Assembly: GCF_020745735.1 (NCBI RefSeq)
Contig: NC_083410.1
Coordinates: 3,880,117-3,944,116, forward strand
Direction of reading: 5' to 3'
Source of the DNA: Hemiscyllium ocellatum
Lineage: Eukaryota
DNA: 64,000 bases
Below are positions 50,401-61,322 of the stretch, piece by piece (positions within the stretch are counted from its first letter, which is position 1; the number at the start of each line of letters is the position of its first letter). Made by a program: the position numbers and the translations under genes. The notes under the pieces were generated by a model that was not told the origin of the DNA, did no database searches, and saw only the letters and a list, made by a program, of their open reading frames with translations.

Positions 50401-53400
50401 CGGTGCTGGGCCCTCTACTTTTTTTCATTTACATAAGTGATTTGGATGCAAGCATAAGAGACACAGTTAGTAAGTTTGCAGATGACACCAAAATTGGAGG
50501 TGTAGTGGACAGCGAAGAGGGTTACCTCAGATTACAACAGGATCTTGACCAGATGAGCCAATGGGCTGAGAAGTGGCAGATGGAGTTTAATTCAGCTAAA
50601 TGCGAGGTGCTGCATTTTGGGCAAGCAAATCTTAACAGGACTTATACACTTAATGGTAAGGTCCTAGGGAGTGTTGCTGAGCAAAGAGACCTTGGAGTGC
50701 AGGTTCATAGCTCCTTAAAAGTGAAATCACTGGTAGATAGGATAGTGAAGAAGGAGTTTGGTATGCTTTCCTTTATTGGTCAGTGTATTGAGTACAAGAG
50801 TTGGGAGGTCATGTTGCGGCTGTACAGGACATTGGTTAGGCCACTGTTGGAATATTGCATGCAATTCTGGTCTCCTTCCTATCAGAAAGATGTTGTGAAA
50901 CTTGAAAGGGTTCAGAAAAGATTCACAAGGATGTTGTCAGGGTTGGAGGATCTGAGCTACAGGGAGAGTCTGAATATGCTGGGGCTGTTTTCCCTGGAGC
51001 ATCAGAGACTGAGGGGTGACCTTATAGAGGTTTACAAAATTATGAGGGACATGGATAGGGTAAATAGGCAGAGTCTTTTCCCTGGAGTCGGGGAGTCCAG
51101 AACAAGAGGGCATAAGTTTAGGGTGAGAGGGGAAATATATAAAAGGGACCCAAGGGGCAACTTTTTCACACAGAGGGTGGTACATATATGGAATGAGCTG
51201 CCAGAGGAAGTGGTGGAGGCTGGTACAATTGCAGCATTTAAGAGGCATTTGGATGACTATATGAATAGGAAGGGCTTGGAGGGATATGGGCCGGGTGCTG
51301 GCAGGTGGGACTAGATTGGGTTGGGATATCTGGTCGGCATGGACGGGTTGGACAGAAGGGTCTGTTTCCATGCTGCACATCTCTATGACTCTATGACTCT
51401 ATAACCTAGAGCACTCAATTGCCTCCTGCTGGACTGTCATTGCACTTGTGATTGTGCCAGGATCCACATCATGTTCAATTAAATTCAGGTGATGATATTG
51501 ATGACTGACTTTCTGAAGTGTGGGCTTTTGGGTGTGTGTCAACACCAGCTTGAGGCCTGGCCCTCTGACCATATCAGAAAATTCCCAATGTTTGTCTCAG
51601 GGGTTTGTGCTGGGCCTATTGCTGTTTGTTATCTATATCAATGATTTCAATAAGAATGTACAAGGCATGATTAGTACATTTGAAACACTAAAATAGGCAG
51701 TATCACAGCCAGAGATGAAGATTCTCAGAAATTTCAGCAGGACTTTGATCAGCTGGGGAAATGGACTGAGAAATGGCAGATGCAGTTTAACATAGACCAG
51801 TGTGAGGTCTTGCATTTTGGATAGTCAAATCAAAGGAGAACTTTCATGGTAAATGATCGGGCCTTAAGGAGTTTAGTGGAACAAAGGGACCTTGGAATTC
51901 AGGTGCATGGTTCTCTGAAAGTGGAGTCACAGGTAGACACGAAAGTGAAGAAGGCTTTTGGCACATTGGCCTTCATCGGTCAGAGCATTGAGAATAGAAG
52001 TTGGGAAGTTATGTTGCAGTTGTATAGGATGTTAGGCTGCACTTGATGTATTTTGTTCAGTTTAGGTCACCATGCCCTAGGAAGGATGTTATTAAACTAG
52101 AAAGAGTGCAAAACAAATTTACAAGGATGTTGCCAGGACTCAAGGGTCCGAGTTAAAGGGAGAGGTTGGACAAGCGAGGACTTTTTCCTTCAGAGTGGAG
52201 GAAACTGAGGGGGGTATCTAATCAAAATATACTAATTGATTAGAGGCATGGATGGGGTTAATGTACTCAGTCTTTTTTCCCAGGGTTGGGGAATTGAGGA
52301 CTAGAGGGCATCTGTTTACGGTAAGAGGGGCAGGAATAAATGGGAACCTGAAGGGGCATTTTTATTTACAGAAGCTGGTATGCATGTGGAATGAGCTGCC
52401 AATGGGAATGGTTAAGACAGGTACATTAACATCATTTCAAAGGCGTTTGGACAAATATATGAATAGGACAGGTTTTGAAGTATATGGGCCAAGTGCAAGG
52501 AAATGGGGTTAGCATGGATGGATATTTTAGGCCAAAGGGCCTTTCTCCATGCTGTAAGACTCAATAACTCTATGTTTCCTCATGGAACTGAGTGTGGAGC
52601 TTGATAACTGTTCAGTGTATCAGAGAAGATTGCCTGTTCCAACAGTGTATCCTTGAGATTGTATGCTTCTTTTGAAATAGTGCTTCATCTCTCCAAAGAG
52701 TGCAGGTATGTAAAGACCATTTATATTTTGCAGACTATAGACCAAAAATGGGATTTTGCTTTAAACCAAAGAATCTGTGAGAAGGTGTTTGTAGTTTTAA
52801 TAAGCGTTATTACAACACATGAAATATTGTCTGAAGCAGTGGACAGAGAATAATCATCATGTCAGCATGTCATAAAGTAAGCAATGTTTGTGATTCTGAT
52901 GGGGACCAGAACTTGGCTGCTCAGAGATTTTCTCTTATTGTAAAATTATAAAGACGCTGGGAATTGCGAGGTTCAGTTTTTAGCTCCCTTCCCCAGTCAG
53001 GCACAACAGCATCATGAGCCTTCCACAGGGAAATATAAATGGTGCTGTCTTGTGTACGCGTGTGTGATCACACAGCCACCAATCACTGGTTGCCAGCACT
53101 TGTCACCTCTGGCCAAGTAGATGCTACGTTTAACAGCTTAAACATGTCATCTCTTTTCACAGAAGTCAACCACCTTTGGAAGACAAAACTTATTTGGTTC
53201 ATTCTGGGAGCCCTGTTTGGAAATACAGCAGTGATTTTATTCATTGGATACACATGTCTGAGAAAAAAGCACTCCATTACATGTGAGTCAATCATTAACT
53301 TTGCCTTGATTATTGTTGATGGTTCTGTTTGACTCATTCATAACCAATATTTAATGTCCCCCCAGAGAACTGTTAAGAGCCAATCACGTTGCTGTTGGTC

Positions 53401-56400
53401 TGGAGTCACATATGAAACAGACCAGTTAAGGATTGCAGTAAGGGCATTGTGAACCAGATGGGTGTTTACAGCAATTGAAGACCGTGTCATGGTCATTGTC
53501 ACTGAGACTAGGATTCAATTCCAGAACTTGTTTAACAATACGTTGAACTGAATTTTGACCAGGTGTTCTGGCTGGATTTGAAAACCATTAGAGTAATGAG
53601 ATGCAAGTGAAGTCACCATAATCCCATTGGGCTGTTCTCCCATTAAAGAGAGATGACTGGGAGAGTCAGCACACCTCAGAAAAGGGGACAGGTTGAGAAG
53701 GAGAGTCCTTCATGGTAAGAGAAGGAGAGTCCTTAGCTGCTGATGTTACTGTGCATCAAAACCAGCCATCCTGCCATCTGAACTAACCAGCCCCCAGTAA
53801 TAAACTAGTGTTAGAGATGATACAGTAATGTTGACATTAGCAGCTGGGATCTAGATTCTGGAGAATGGAGAAGCAGTCATCATGTCACCATAGTCTTACC
53901 AGACCAAAGGGGTTGCTCTCTTCTTGCAGAGAAACAACTGGTGGAGATTTAAACTGAGGGCCACCAAACTTCAGGGAATATTCTGTGCCAGAGAGAAATT
54001 TCCTAACTCCCAGTTGAATGATCTGGTGAATTTTACAGAAACCTCCCAGTGTTTGAATACTGAATGGCCTGGACAGAGTGGATGTTGGGAAGATGTTTCC
54101 ATTGGCAGGAGAGATGAGGACCTGAGGGCACAGCCTTTGAGTAAAAGGAAGACCCTTTAGAATGGAAATAAGGAGAAACCTCTTGAACAAGAGGGTGGGG
54201 AATCTGTGGAATTCATTGCCACAGAAGGCTGTGGAGGTCAGGTCATTGAGTATATTTAAAACAGAGAGACATAAATTTTTGACTGCCAAGGAGATCAAAA
54301 GTTATGGAGAAAAAAGCAGGAGAATGGAGTTAGAAAGCTTTATCAGCCATGATTGAATGGCGGAGCAGATTCAATGGGCTGAAAGGCCTAATTTCTGCTC
54401 CTATGTCTTATGGTCTCTTATGATCTTATGGTCCCTGATGGGAAGGAAACCATCTGAACATTGACCAGGCTATAAGTTAACAAAGAGATCTCTAAATCAG
54501 ATCCAAAGTTGGAACCAAATCTGAAACCAACTCCCAGGCCTCTGAATTCCTGTAGAACAGTAACATTACCACTCTTCCCATTTGTCCTAGCAGAACAGGA
54601 AAGACCAGAATAAAGTATTCAGCAAGCTGGGAATGGAGAGATTGTTGGTGGTAGATCAATGTGGTGAAAGTGACTGGAACTGATGACAGGGTGTTTGATC
54701 ATTGCTTTCACAGCACAATCCGGAGCAGCTAATGATCTGAACACAACTGCAGATTATGGAAATGTGAGAACACTGCAGGTGAGTTCAAGTGGTTTTCGAG
54801 GACGTTGGATTCTGTCATGGGAAGGTTCAGTCTGATGAGACACGTTCTGATCATATGTTTGAGTCTTTTGTTACTGAGGAGAAAGTGAAGACTGCAGATG
54901 CTGGAGATCAGAGCTGAAAATGTGTTGCTGGAAAAGCGCAGCAGGTCAGGCAGCATCCAAAGAGCAGGAGAATCAACGTTTCGAGCCTGAAGAAGGGCTC
55001 ATGCCTGAAACGTCGATTCTCCTGCTCCTTGGATGCTGCCTGACCTGCTGCGCTTTTCCAGCAGCACATTTTCAGCTCTTTTATGTACTGAGCTTTGGAT
55101 TTCAGTGTTAGAGTGGGAGTTGTGACACACACCATTTCCAAATTTTAGAGTGACCATAAGATCAGAAGATGCAGGAGTGGAATTAGGCCATTCGACTCAT
55201 CCAGTCTGCTCCACAATTCGATCAGAGCTGAGATACTTCTCAATCCCATTCTCCTGTCTTCTCCCTGTAACCCTTGCATCCATCAGTAAGCAAGAACCTA
55301 TCTATCTCTCTTTGACGTCTCTCTTAGATTGTCTCTCTTAGATTATCTCTCTTAAAATCATTTCTATCATAAACACACTCAGTGACCTGGCCTTCACAAT
55401 CCTCTGTGGCAATGAGTTCCACAGATGCACCACCCTCTGGCTGAAGAAATTCCTTTAGAAATCTAAAGAGTTGCCCCTTTACCCAAAGGTCGTGCTCTTG
55501 GATCTGAGTATCTCCATTTGGGAAAACATCTTCTCCATGTCCTCTCTAACCTGGCCTCTCTGCATTCTGTAAGTTTCAATCAGTTTCTCCCTCATCTGCT
55601 CCAAAGGTGACACGCCCTTCATCCCTGGGATCACCCTGATAAACCTCTTCCATACAACATCCAATACCAGCTCATTTCTTAGATATGGGGTCTAAAACCG
55701 TTCAGAAAATTCTAAAAGCAGTCTGACCAGAGCCTCATATAGACTCAGCATTACACCTTTATCTGCTGTTTTGTTCCAGGCCTCTTGAAATCAATATTAA
55801 CATTGCATTTGCCTTCCTAACCATCAACTGAACCTGCATGGTCACCTTAAGTGAATCCTGAACTCGGACTCCGAAATCCTTTGTGTTTCATATTTCCAAA
55901 CACTTTCCCTGCTTATAAAATAGTCTATACCTGCAAGAGGGCAGGGTGGGGAATTTACAGAACCCAAAAGGAACAGGAACTGAAGAAGGTCATTCAGCTC
56001 CTCAAGGCTGGTCTAACATTCAATAGCATCATGGCTGATCACTGCATCTTCGGTGAAAGGGCAGGTGTTATTTGAGGAGACTTTTCAATTCGGAAGTACG
56101 GTGCCCTCTCTGGAACAGACAAGGAGCAATGGAGACTTCAATTTCACCAGAGGCCTCCTGCCCCTCCACGACACCCTTTTTATCCACATGGATGGCTGGG
56201 AATGGATAACCAGGACCTCGTAACTCGAGGGTACACCTTTCCGATCTAATCTTTCACATTTACAGCTCATGAAAGATGACCTTATACATTCATGGATTGA
56301 GCCTATGGCTGGGACCATGAAATTAGCTCTGAGACAATTCCTTGTCCCCTCAGCTGATTGGGATTTGATGCACATCCCAGAACTTTATTTTAAACCTGCC

Positions 56401-57843
56401 TGATTCCTTCTCCCATAGTCCCTATAATTGGGTCATATTATTATCAACTTGGGGAATTCCTCCCTTTCGGTCTCTCTGCACATAGTTTATAAATCTGCTT
56501 GGCTCTGACTTTATTGCTGTTCCTGGCTTAAGTACAGTGCGTAGCTGACTGAAGAAACAACTAAAGATGGTGCATCATCCCAGGGAACTCAGGAACTAAC
56601 AGGAACAATGTGTTAAACACTACTTTACATTTCATTCCAGAACGCAGGAGATTTTCCGGAAGATACCAATGCTGTGTACTCGGTGAGAATTTAAAATATA
56701 AACAGCTTACAAACATTTTTACATTGTGCATCTGTTACTTGGTCCTAGTTTGTAATATTTGTCTGTTTTCTGTTAGACACTACAGCCAGTGGATCAGTCT
56801 GTTTACAGCAACCTTAAAGGTATGTTGCTGGAACACTAACAAGGGCTCAGGAGAAGCTTGTGGATCTGTTACATTCTGCATCAATGAGGAAAAGTGTGGG
56901 AAAGTCTCAATGAAATGAACAGCAATATTGGTTAAAGCAGCAGAGAGCAGTCAGTCCCATGTGGTGACAGAACATCATTAGAGCTGTGTGTCGCTGTGTC
57001 ACTGGGTGGGAATGAACCTTTAAGATATTGCTAATACACTCATCAACATAAACATCAAACATTTGCATCATCTGTGGGTGCAGCAATCACACTTAGCAAT
57101 ACTGGTGACTGTCCTACAGGTTGAGGTATCCCCTCAATCACGGTGTAAAACTGTCAGAGCTCCAATCTGTGTCAGTTGTGTGACTGGGCAACAGGAACCA
57201 TTCAGTGGGACCTCCCCTTGACTATTAGCCCCTGGGGCAGCTTGGAGTCAGTCTCATCTCTCACACTCATCTCTCAACATTTTCAAGAATATGTCGAGTA
57301 GGTTCCAGTGCATAGGTCAGCCCAAGAGAGAGAGAATGTTTTCTCCTGTGGAAGAAGCAAGAATGATGTGAACCACCTTCAAATGAGAGTGAGACCATTC
57401 TGGATTGATGGCTCCAAGACCAGTCCCTGTGATCAGGAGTGACCACACTGATCAGTCCTTCTGACTGGGAGTGTCCGTACTGACCAGTTCCTGCATCGGG
57501 AGTGACTGCACTGACCAGTTCCTGTGACTGGGAATGACTGTACTTTCCAGTCCTTGTGATCAGGAGTGACCATAATGACCAGTCCCTGTGAATGGGAATG
57601 ACCACACTGACCAATCCCTGTGTTCAGGTTTGACCATAATGACCACACCCTCTGATCGGGAGTGACCACACTGACCAGCCCCAGTGATCATAGGGACCTG
57701 TATTAAAGCCCACTGCAGGTAATGATGATGAACTCTCAGAGCAGCTCACTCAATCCTGAGACTCAGATATTCACTGAAAATGGTTTTTATTGTCACATTT
57801 CACAACATTAATGTTTGATTTTACAGAAACAGGCAAGAAGTAA
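26377..57843 (+). CDS. Spliced gene model: non-rearranging triple-VJ Ig-superfamily inhibitory receptor (460 aa)
   Basis: join(26377..26428,41079..41429,42910..43257,46486..46830,53163..53282,54714..54778,56641..56682,56777..56819,57827..57843) = 1383 nt. All introns are GT-AG, phases are 1,1,1,1,1,0,0,1, and the frame is open to TAA. The leader assignment is the least certain part. Confidence 0.8.
28250..29700 (-). mobile_element. Degenerate CR1 LINE
   Basis: ORF 28629..28856 ([27 protein letters not shown]) and upstream RT remnants. Confidence 0.75.
30690..33432 (+). mobile_element. Long CR1 LINE ORF2 (endonuclease C-part, RT, 3' tail), frameshifted
   Basis: [83 protein letters not shown]. 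Tail TGTTCTATGTTCTAT. Confidence 0.9.
34175..36900 (-). mobile_element. Cluster of CR1 LINE fragments
   Basis: Minus-strand motifs [32 protein letters not shown]. Several copies; boundaries not resolved. Confidence 0.75.
37010..37200 (-). mobile_element. Partial HE1/V-SINE-type SINE
   Basis: Homologous to 19020..19325 (GGAGAATGTGCAAAC, GAACCCAGGTCCCTGGC, GAGGCAGCAGTGCT). Confidence 0.7.
38756..39330 (-). mobile_element. Young 5'-truncated CR1 3' end
   Basis: ORFs 39171..39356 and 38835..39164: [35 protein letters not shown]. Confidence 0.9.
41079..41429 (+). CDS. Exon 2: VJ-type Ig domain 1
   Basis: Acceptor TTTTCTATTCACAG and donor GTAAGT, phase 1-1. Reads [44 protein letters not shown], with canonical C/W/DxxxYxC and FGxG. 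Confidence 0.92.
41658..41850. repeat. Purine-rich (GGGAGTGA/GA) degenerate simple repeat
   Basis: Repeated AGGGAGTGA(CA/TA/GA) units. Much shorter in the duplicated unit at ~43505..43540. Confidence 0.7.
42910..43257 (+). CDS. Exon 3: VJ-type Ig domain 2 (duplicate of domain 1, ~80% aa identity)
   Basis: Same acceptor context and a GTAAGT donor. Reads [30 protein letters not shown]. Confidence 0.92.
44380..46330 (-). mobile_element. CR1 LINE 5' portion incl. ORF1 esterase-like and ORF2 endonuclease remnants
   Basis: Minus strand near 46100..46150 resembles [16 protein letters not shown] (CR1 ORF1 SGNH). ORF 45187..45477 has [10 protein letters not shown], with a 3' fragment at 44380..44650. 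Confidence 0.7.
46486..46830 (+). CDS. Exon 4: VJ-type Ig domain 3 (most antigen-receptor-like)
   Basis: Acceptor TTTTTCTGTTAAAG and donor GTAAGT. Reads [60 protein letters not shown]. Confidence 0.92.
48250..49720 (-). mobile_element. CR1 LINE fragment(s)
   Basis: ORF 49296..49556 ([18 protein letters not shown]) and downstream RT remnants. Confidence 0.8.
49851..51402 (+). mobile_element. Young 5'-truncated CR1 LINE (near-intact RT)
   Basis: ORFs 49950..50312 and 50340..51314 ([33 protein letters not shown]). Tail (CTATGACT)n. Confidence 0.92.
51590..52575 (+). mobile_element. CR1 LINE 3' fragment
   Basis: [25 protein letters not shown]1 3' UTR. Confidence 0.8.
53163..53282 (+). CDS. Exon 5: stalk + transmembrane ([40 protein letters not shown])
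   Basis: Acceptor TCTCTTTTCACAG, donor GTGAGT, phase 1-1. About 23 hydrophobic residues followed by an RKK stop-transfer. Confidence 0.85.
54714..54778 (+). CDS. Exon 6: cytoplasmic ([22 protein letters not shown])
   Basis: Acceptor TTGCTTTCACAG and donor GTGAGT. It is the only candidate found with the required phase 1-to-0 and an open frame. Tyr motif ADYGNV. Confidence 0.78.
54879..55078. mobile_element. Palindromic Penelope-like pLTR dimer (MITE-like)
   Basis: Arms ~54911..54983 and ~55006..55078 are reverse complements. The loop holds CTGAAGA-AGGGC-TCAT-GCCT-GAAACGTC. TACTGAG flanks both sides (54872 and 55086). Confidence 0.7.
55140..55850 (-). mobile_element. Degenerate CR1 3' fragment
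   Basis: ORF 55479..55664 ([19 protein letters not shown]) plus CR1 3' UTR. Confidence 0.7.
56641..56682 (+). CDS. Exon 7: cytoplasmic ([14 protein letters not shown])
   Basis: Acceptor TTTACATTTCATTCCAG, donor GTGAGA, phase 0-0. Confidence 0.8.
56777..56819 (+). CDS. Exon 8: cytoplasmic ITIM ([14 protein letters not shown])
   Basis: Acceptor TTTTCTGTTAG and donor GTATGT. SVYSNL fits (S/I/V/L)xYxx(L/V) and the exon completes AVYS|TL. Confidence 0.82.
57421..57690. repeat. 32-bp minisatellite, ~8 degenerate copies, in last intron
   Basis: Unit resembles CAGTCCCTGTGATCAGGAGTGACCACACTGAC. Confidence 0.8.
57827..57843 (+). CDS. Exon 9 coding part (E-TGKK-stop)
   Basis: Acceptor GTTTGATTTTACAG, phase 1, TAA at 57841..57843. 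Confidence 0.65.
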
Positions 57844-58239
57844 ACAGCTGACAGATGAACCGCTGAACAAGTCCTTCCTGAGGAATGAAGACACCCAATG
57901 GACATTTTAATCAAGAAAGATCATTGGACCAAACAAGTCTGTTCTCCATCTTCTTTCCCAATCCCCTCTCCTGTTCCAGAAACTGATCTGATTCGCTGCT
58001 GCCCCCAGTTTCTCTGTTCACATCAGTACCTCTCATTGGTTACAAGTTCTACAACTAGATCCATGTTTGAGTAGTTTTCACTGATTCTTTCCTGGAATGT
58101 GGGTCTCATTGGCAACGCCAGCATTTGTTCCCAATCCCTATTTGCTCTTGAGCTGATTGATACTTTGGGCCATTCAGGAGGCAGTTAAGAGTCAGATATA
58201 TTACTGTGGGTCTGGAGTCCCTTATAGGCCAGAGCAAAA

Positions 58240-58365
58240 GTGAGGACTGCAGATGCTGGAGATCAGAGCCTAGATTAGAGTGGTGCTCGAAAAGCACAGC
58301 AGGTCAGACAGCATCCGAGGAGCAGAAAAATCAACGCTTTGGACTAAAGCCCTTCATTAGGCATG
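58240..58365 (-). mobile_element. Degenerate Penelope-like pLTR fragment
   Basis: ACTGCAGATGCTGGAGATCAGAG...GCAGGTCAGACAGCATCC...AAGCCCTTCATTAGG, homologous to 797..923. Confidence 0.65.
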
Positions 58366-58799
58366 AAGGCAAGGAGCCTCCAGGGTGGGCAGGTCAGAGG
58401 CCAGAGCAGTTAAGCATGGCACATTTCCATCCCAAAGGACAGTAGGGACCTATGTGGGATTTTACAATCCTCAGTGATAGTTTCATGGTCACCATCACCA
58501 AAACCAGCTTCTTCATGAATGGAATTTTATTTCCATTAGCTAAAGGAGTAGATTTGAACCATGTTCCCAGATCATGAGCCAGTGCTTCTCGATTACTCAC
58601 CCAGTGATAACTCTGCCTGGCCACAATCTCAGAATGAACGTTACCCAGCGGGGTTCAGGCCGACTTTAATCATTCCCACCTTCACCGTCTTCTGTTCCTC
58701 TTCATTTCTCATCAATTTCCTTTGACGCCCAGCTTCACCAACGTAAGAAGCTTAATTTGATCCAACTGAATTCTTCTGCCTTGCTTCCACACAGCTCCT

Positions 58800-59200
58800 C
58801 CTCTCATTCCCTGGCTGCTCCCTCACTCACGGAGTCTACTCCACTTACTGTCCCCTCCTTCCCTCACCTAATCTCCCTCACTCACAGCACCTTCCCATTC
58901 ACTGCCCCCTCCCTCATTCACGAGCCCTCCCTCACTTGTCCACACCTCTCCACTCTCTGCCCCCCGCGTCACTCACCAACCCTGTCCCATTCACTGCCCC
59001 TTCCTGCTCACTGCACCCTCCCTCACTTGCTGACACCTCTCCACTCAATGTCCACTCACTCACTCACTTCCACATTTCCCTCACTCACTGCCCTCTCTCT
59101 CACTTGCTCCCTGCCCCTCATTCTTTGTCTTGCCTCTCCCTCCTTACTCACTCACATTCCTCCCCACTCAGTGCACATTCACCCATTCCCTGCCCCCTTC
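58800..59200. repeat. Pyrimidine-rich (CTCACT/CCCT) low-complexity tract
   Basis: Compositional bias, which also explains the S/P/L/H/T-rich ORFs 58757..59371 and 58936..59235. Confidence 0.7.
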
Positions 59201-61322
59201 CTCACTGCCTCATCTTGGTTTCTGCTGCAAAGTGATACCAACAGCATGGCTTCAATTCCCACACTGGCTGAGTCTCTCTGTCTCTCCCTCTCTCCATCTG
59301 TCACTCTCGCTCTGATGAAAGAGCTGCTCTCTGGGACTTTGATGATGTTGCCTTTTGCCCTGACTGTATAACGCACGGTTTTTCCCAGTGTAAACTCACG
59401 AATTGCAGTTTTAGATTGTGTTGTGTTGGACTGGAGGACACTAACTAGTATTGAAACCAATTTCCAGCTGTGTTTTTGATGAGTCAGCATAAGCTTTGGA
59501 TGCACAGCAGGGAAAACACTGTGACTACATCACACTCACTGGGATTGAGTTACTTGCTGATGAACTATTTTTCACTGTGAGTTATTGTAAATGGTTTGAC
59601 CACAGTTACATGGTATCAAGGTATAGTTGAAGGTACTGGATACTGCAAAGGCTATGAGCGCTGACACCATAGTGTCCAGCTATAGTACTTAACCCTTGTG
59701 CACCAGAACTTGCCGCACCCAAAGCCAAGCTGTTCCAGTACAGTTACAACCCTGGCCCTGACATTGATCCCTTATCAATTTCACCAGTTTCCTCAACTCC
59801 CCTCCCCCCTACCTTACCCCAGATCCAAACTTACAATTCTTACATCACTATCGCCTTTTCAGCTGTGTTCCCCTGAGTCCCATTTATCTCTCAACCCCCT
59901 TGGACCCTTCCCAACAGTCCTGATGAAGATCTATGCTGGAAAAGTCAACTCTCCTTCTCCTCAGATGCTGACTTACCGTCCGTGCTTTTCCCACAGTAGA
60001 CTTTCTGACCTTGATCTTCAGCATTTATAGTCCTCACTTTCTCCTACAGCTTGTCCACTACCTACAAGGCACACAACAGGAAAGTGATAGAATACTCCAC
60101 ACTTGCCTGGATGGGTACAGAAATACTCAAGATGCTTGATGCCGTTCAGGAGAAAACAGCCCACTTTGAGCCATAGAGTTATACAGCATGGAAACAGACA
60201 CTTCAGTCCAACCAGTTCACGAAGACAATAATTCCAATCTAAACTAGTCCCATTCCTCTGCTTCACCCATTTCCCATAAAACATTTCTTATTCATGTACT
60301 TATCCAAATGTTTTTCAAACATTGCAATTGTACCTGCAACTACCACTTCCACTGGAAGTTCATTCCACACATGAATAACTCTCTGTGTAAAAAAAACAAG
60401 TTGCCCCTCAACTGTTTTTAAATCTTCGTTCCTCACCTTAACGATATGCTTGATAGTCTTGAAATCACCCACTCTACAGAAAAGAGACCTGCTATTCACC
60501 TCACCTATAAATCCCATTGGTTATAAACCTCTACAAGGTCACCCATTGATCTCTCTTGATTATCACCACATCCAGAAGTATCCATTCCCTCAGTAGCAGC
60601 AGTGTGTATTATCTACAAGATACACTGCAGAACATCAACAAAGACCCTCAGACAGGACCTTCCAACCTCACGGCCACTTCAATCTAGAAAGTCACGGGCA
60701 TGGGAACACCAAGCCATGCACCAGTCACCATCCTGACTTGGAAGTGTATTGTGTACCCTCAGTGTCACGAAGTCAAAATCCTGGAATTCCCTCCCTAAGG
60801 ATATTGTGGGTCCACCTTCACCACATGGACTGCAGTGATTCAAGAAGGCAGCTCACCCCCAATTTCTCAATGGGGCAAGGGACAAACAATAAATGCTGGC
60901 TCAGGCAGTGACACCCCTGTTCCAGAAATGAATGAACAGATTCCAGGATATTTATTTGAACAACTATTTCAACCGTCATTGAATTTGAAGATTCTGTTAA
61001 GTTTAAAGGAGAATTATCTACAACTATCTTCAGGTAGAGCTGTGGCCAACATTTCTTGTTCAATGGGGATTTTATTGATTAATTACTGCAATGTAGATTT
61101 GATATTACCAAAGGGAATTAGCTGTCTCCAAATACCCTGCTCCCTATTGCTTTAAATGATTATAATGCTGAATTCATTGTTTGAATAAAGATTTTTAAGC
61201 AATTATTAGGAAGTTGTAGTCTCATATTTCACTTCTCAGACACCCAACAATGAAATCAGAATGTGTGTGGCAACACTTCCACCAATCAGAATCCACATTC
61301 AACCAATTAGCAGTCTCCTCTC

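Noticed and set aside
56610-56918. ORF with Ig-like SGRYQCC motif
   Set aside because: Upstream frames are closed. The real signal is two small exons with strong splice sites, read in other frames ([14 protein letters not shown] and [14 protein letters not shown]).
59314-59370. MKELLSGTLMMLPFALTV* resembling the 11181 leader (shared SGTL)
   Set aside because: It ends in a stop with no donor, and the flanks show no alignable homology.
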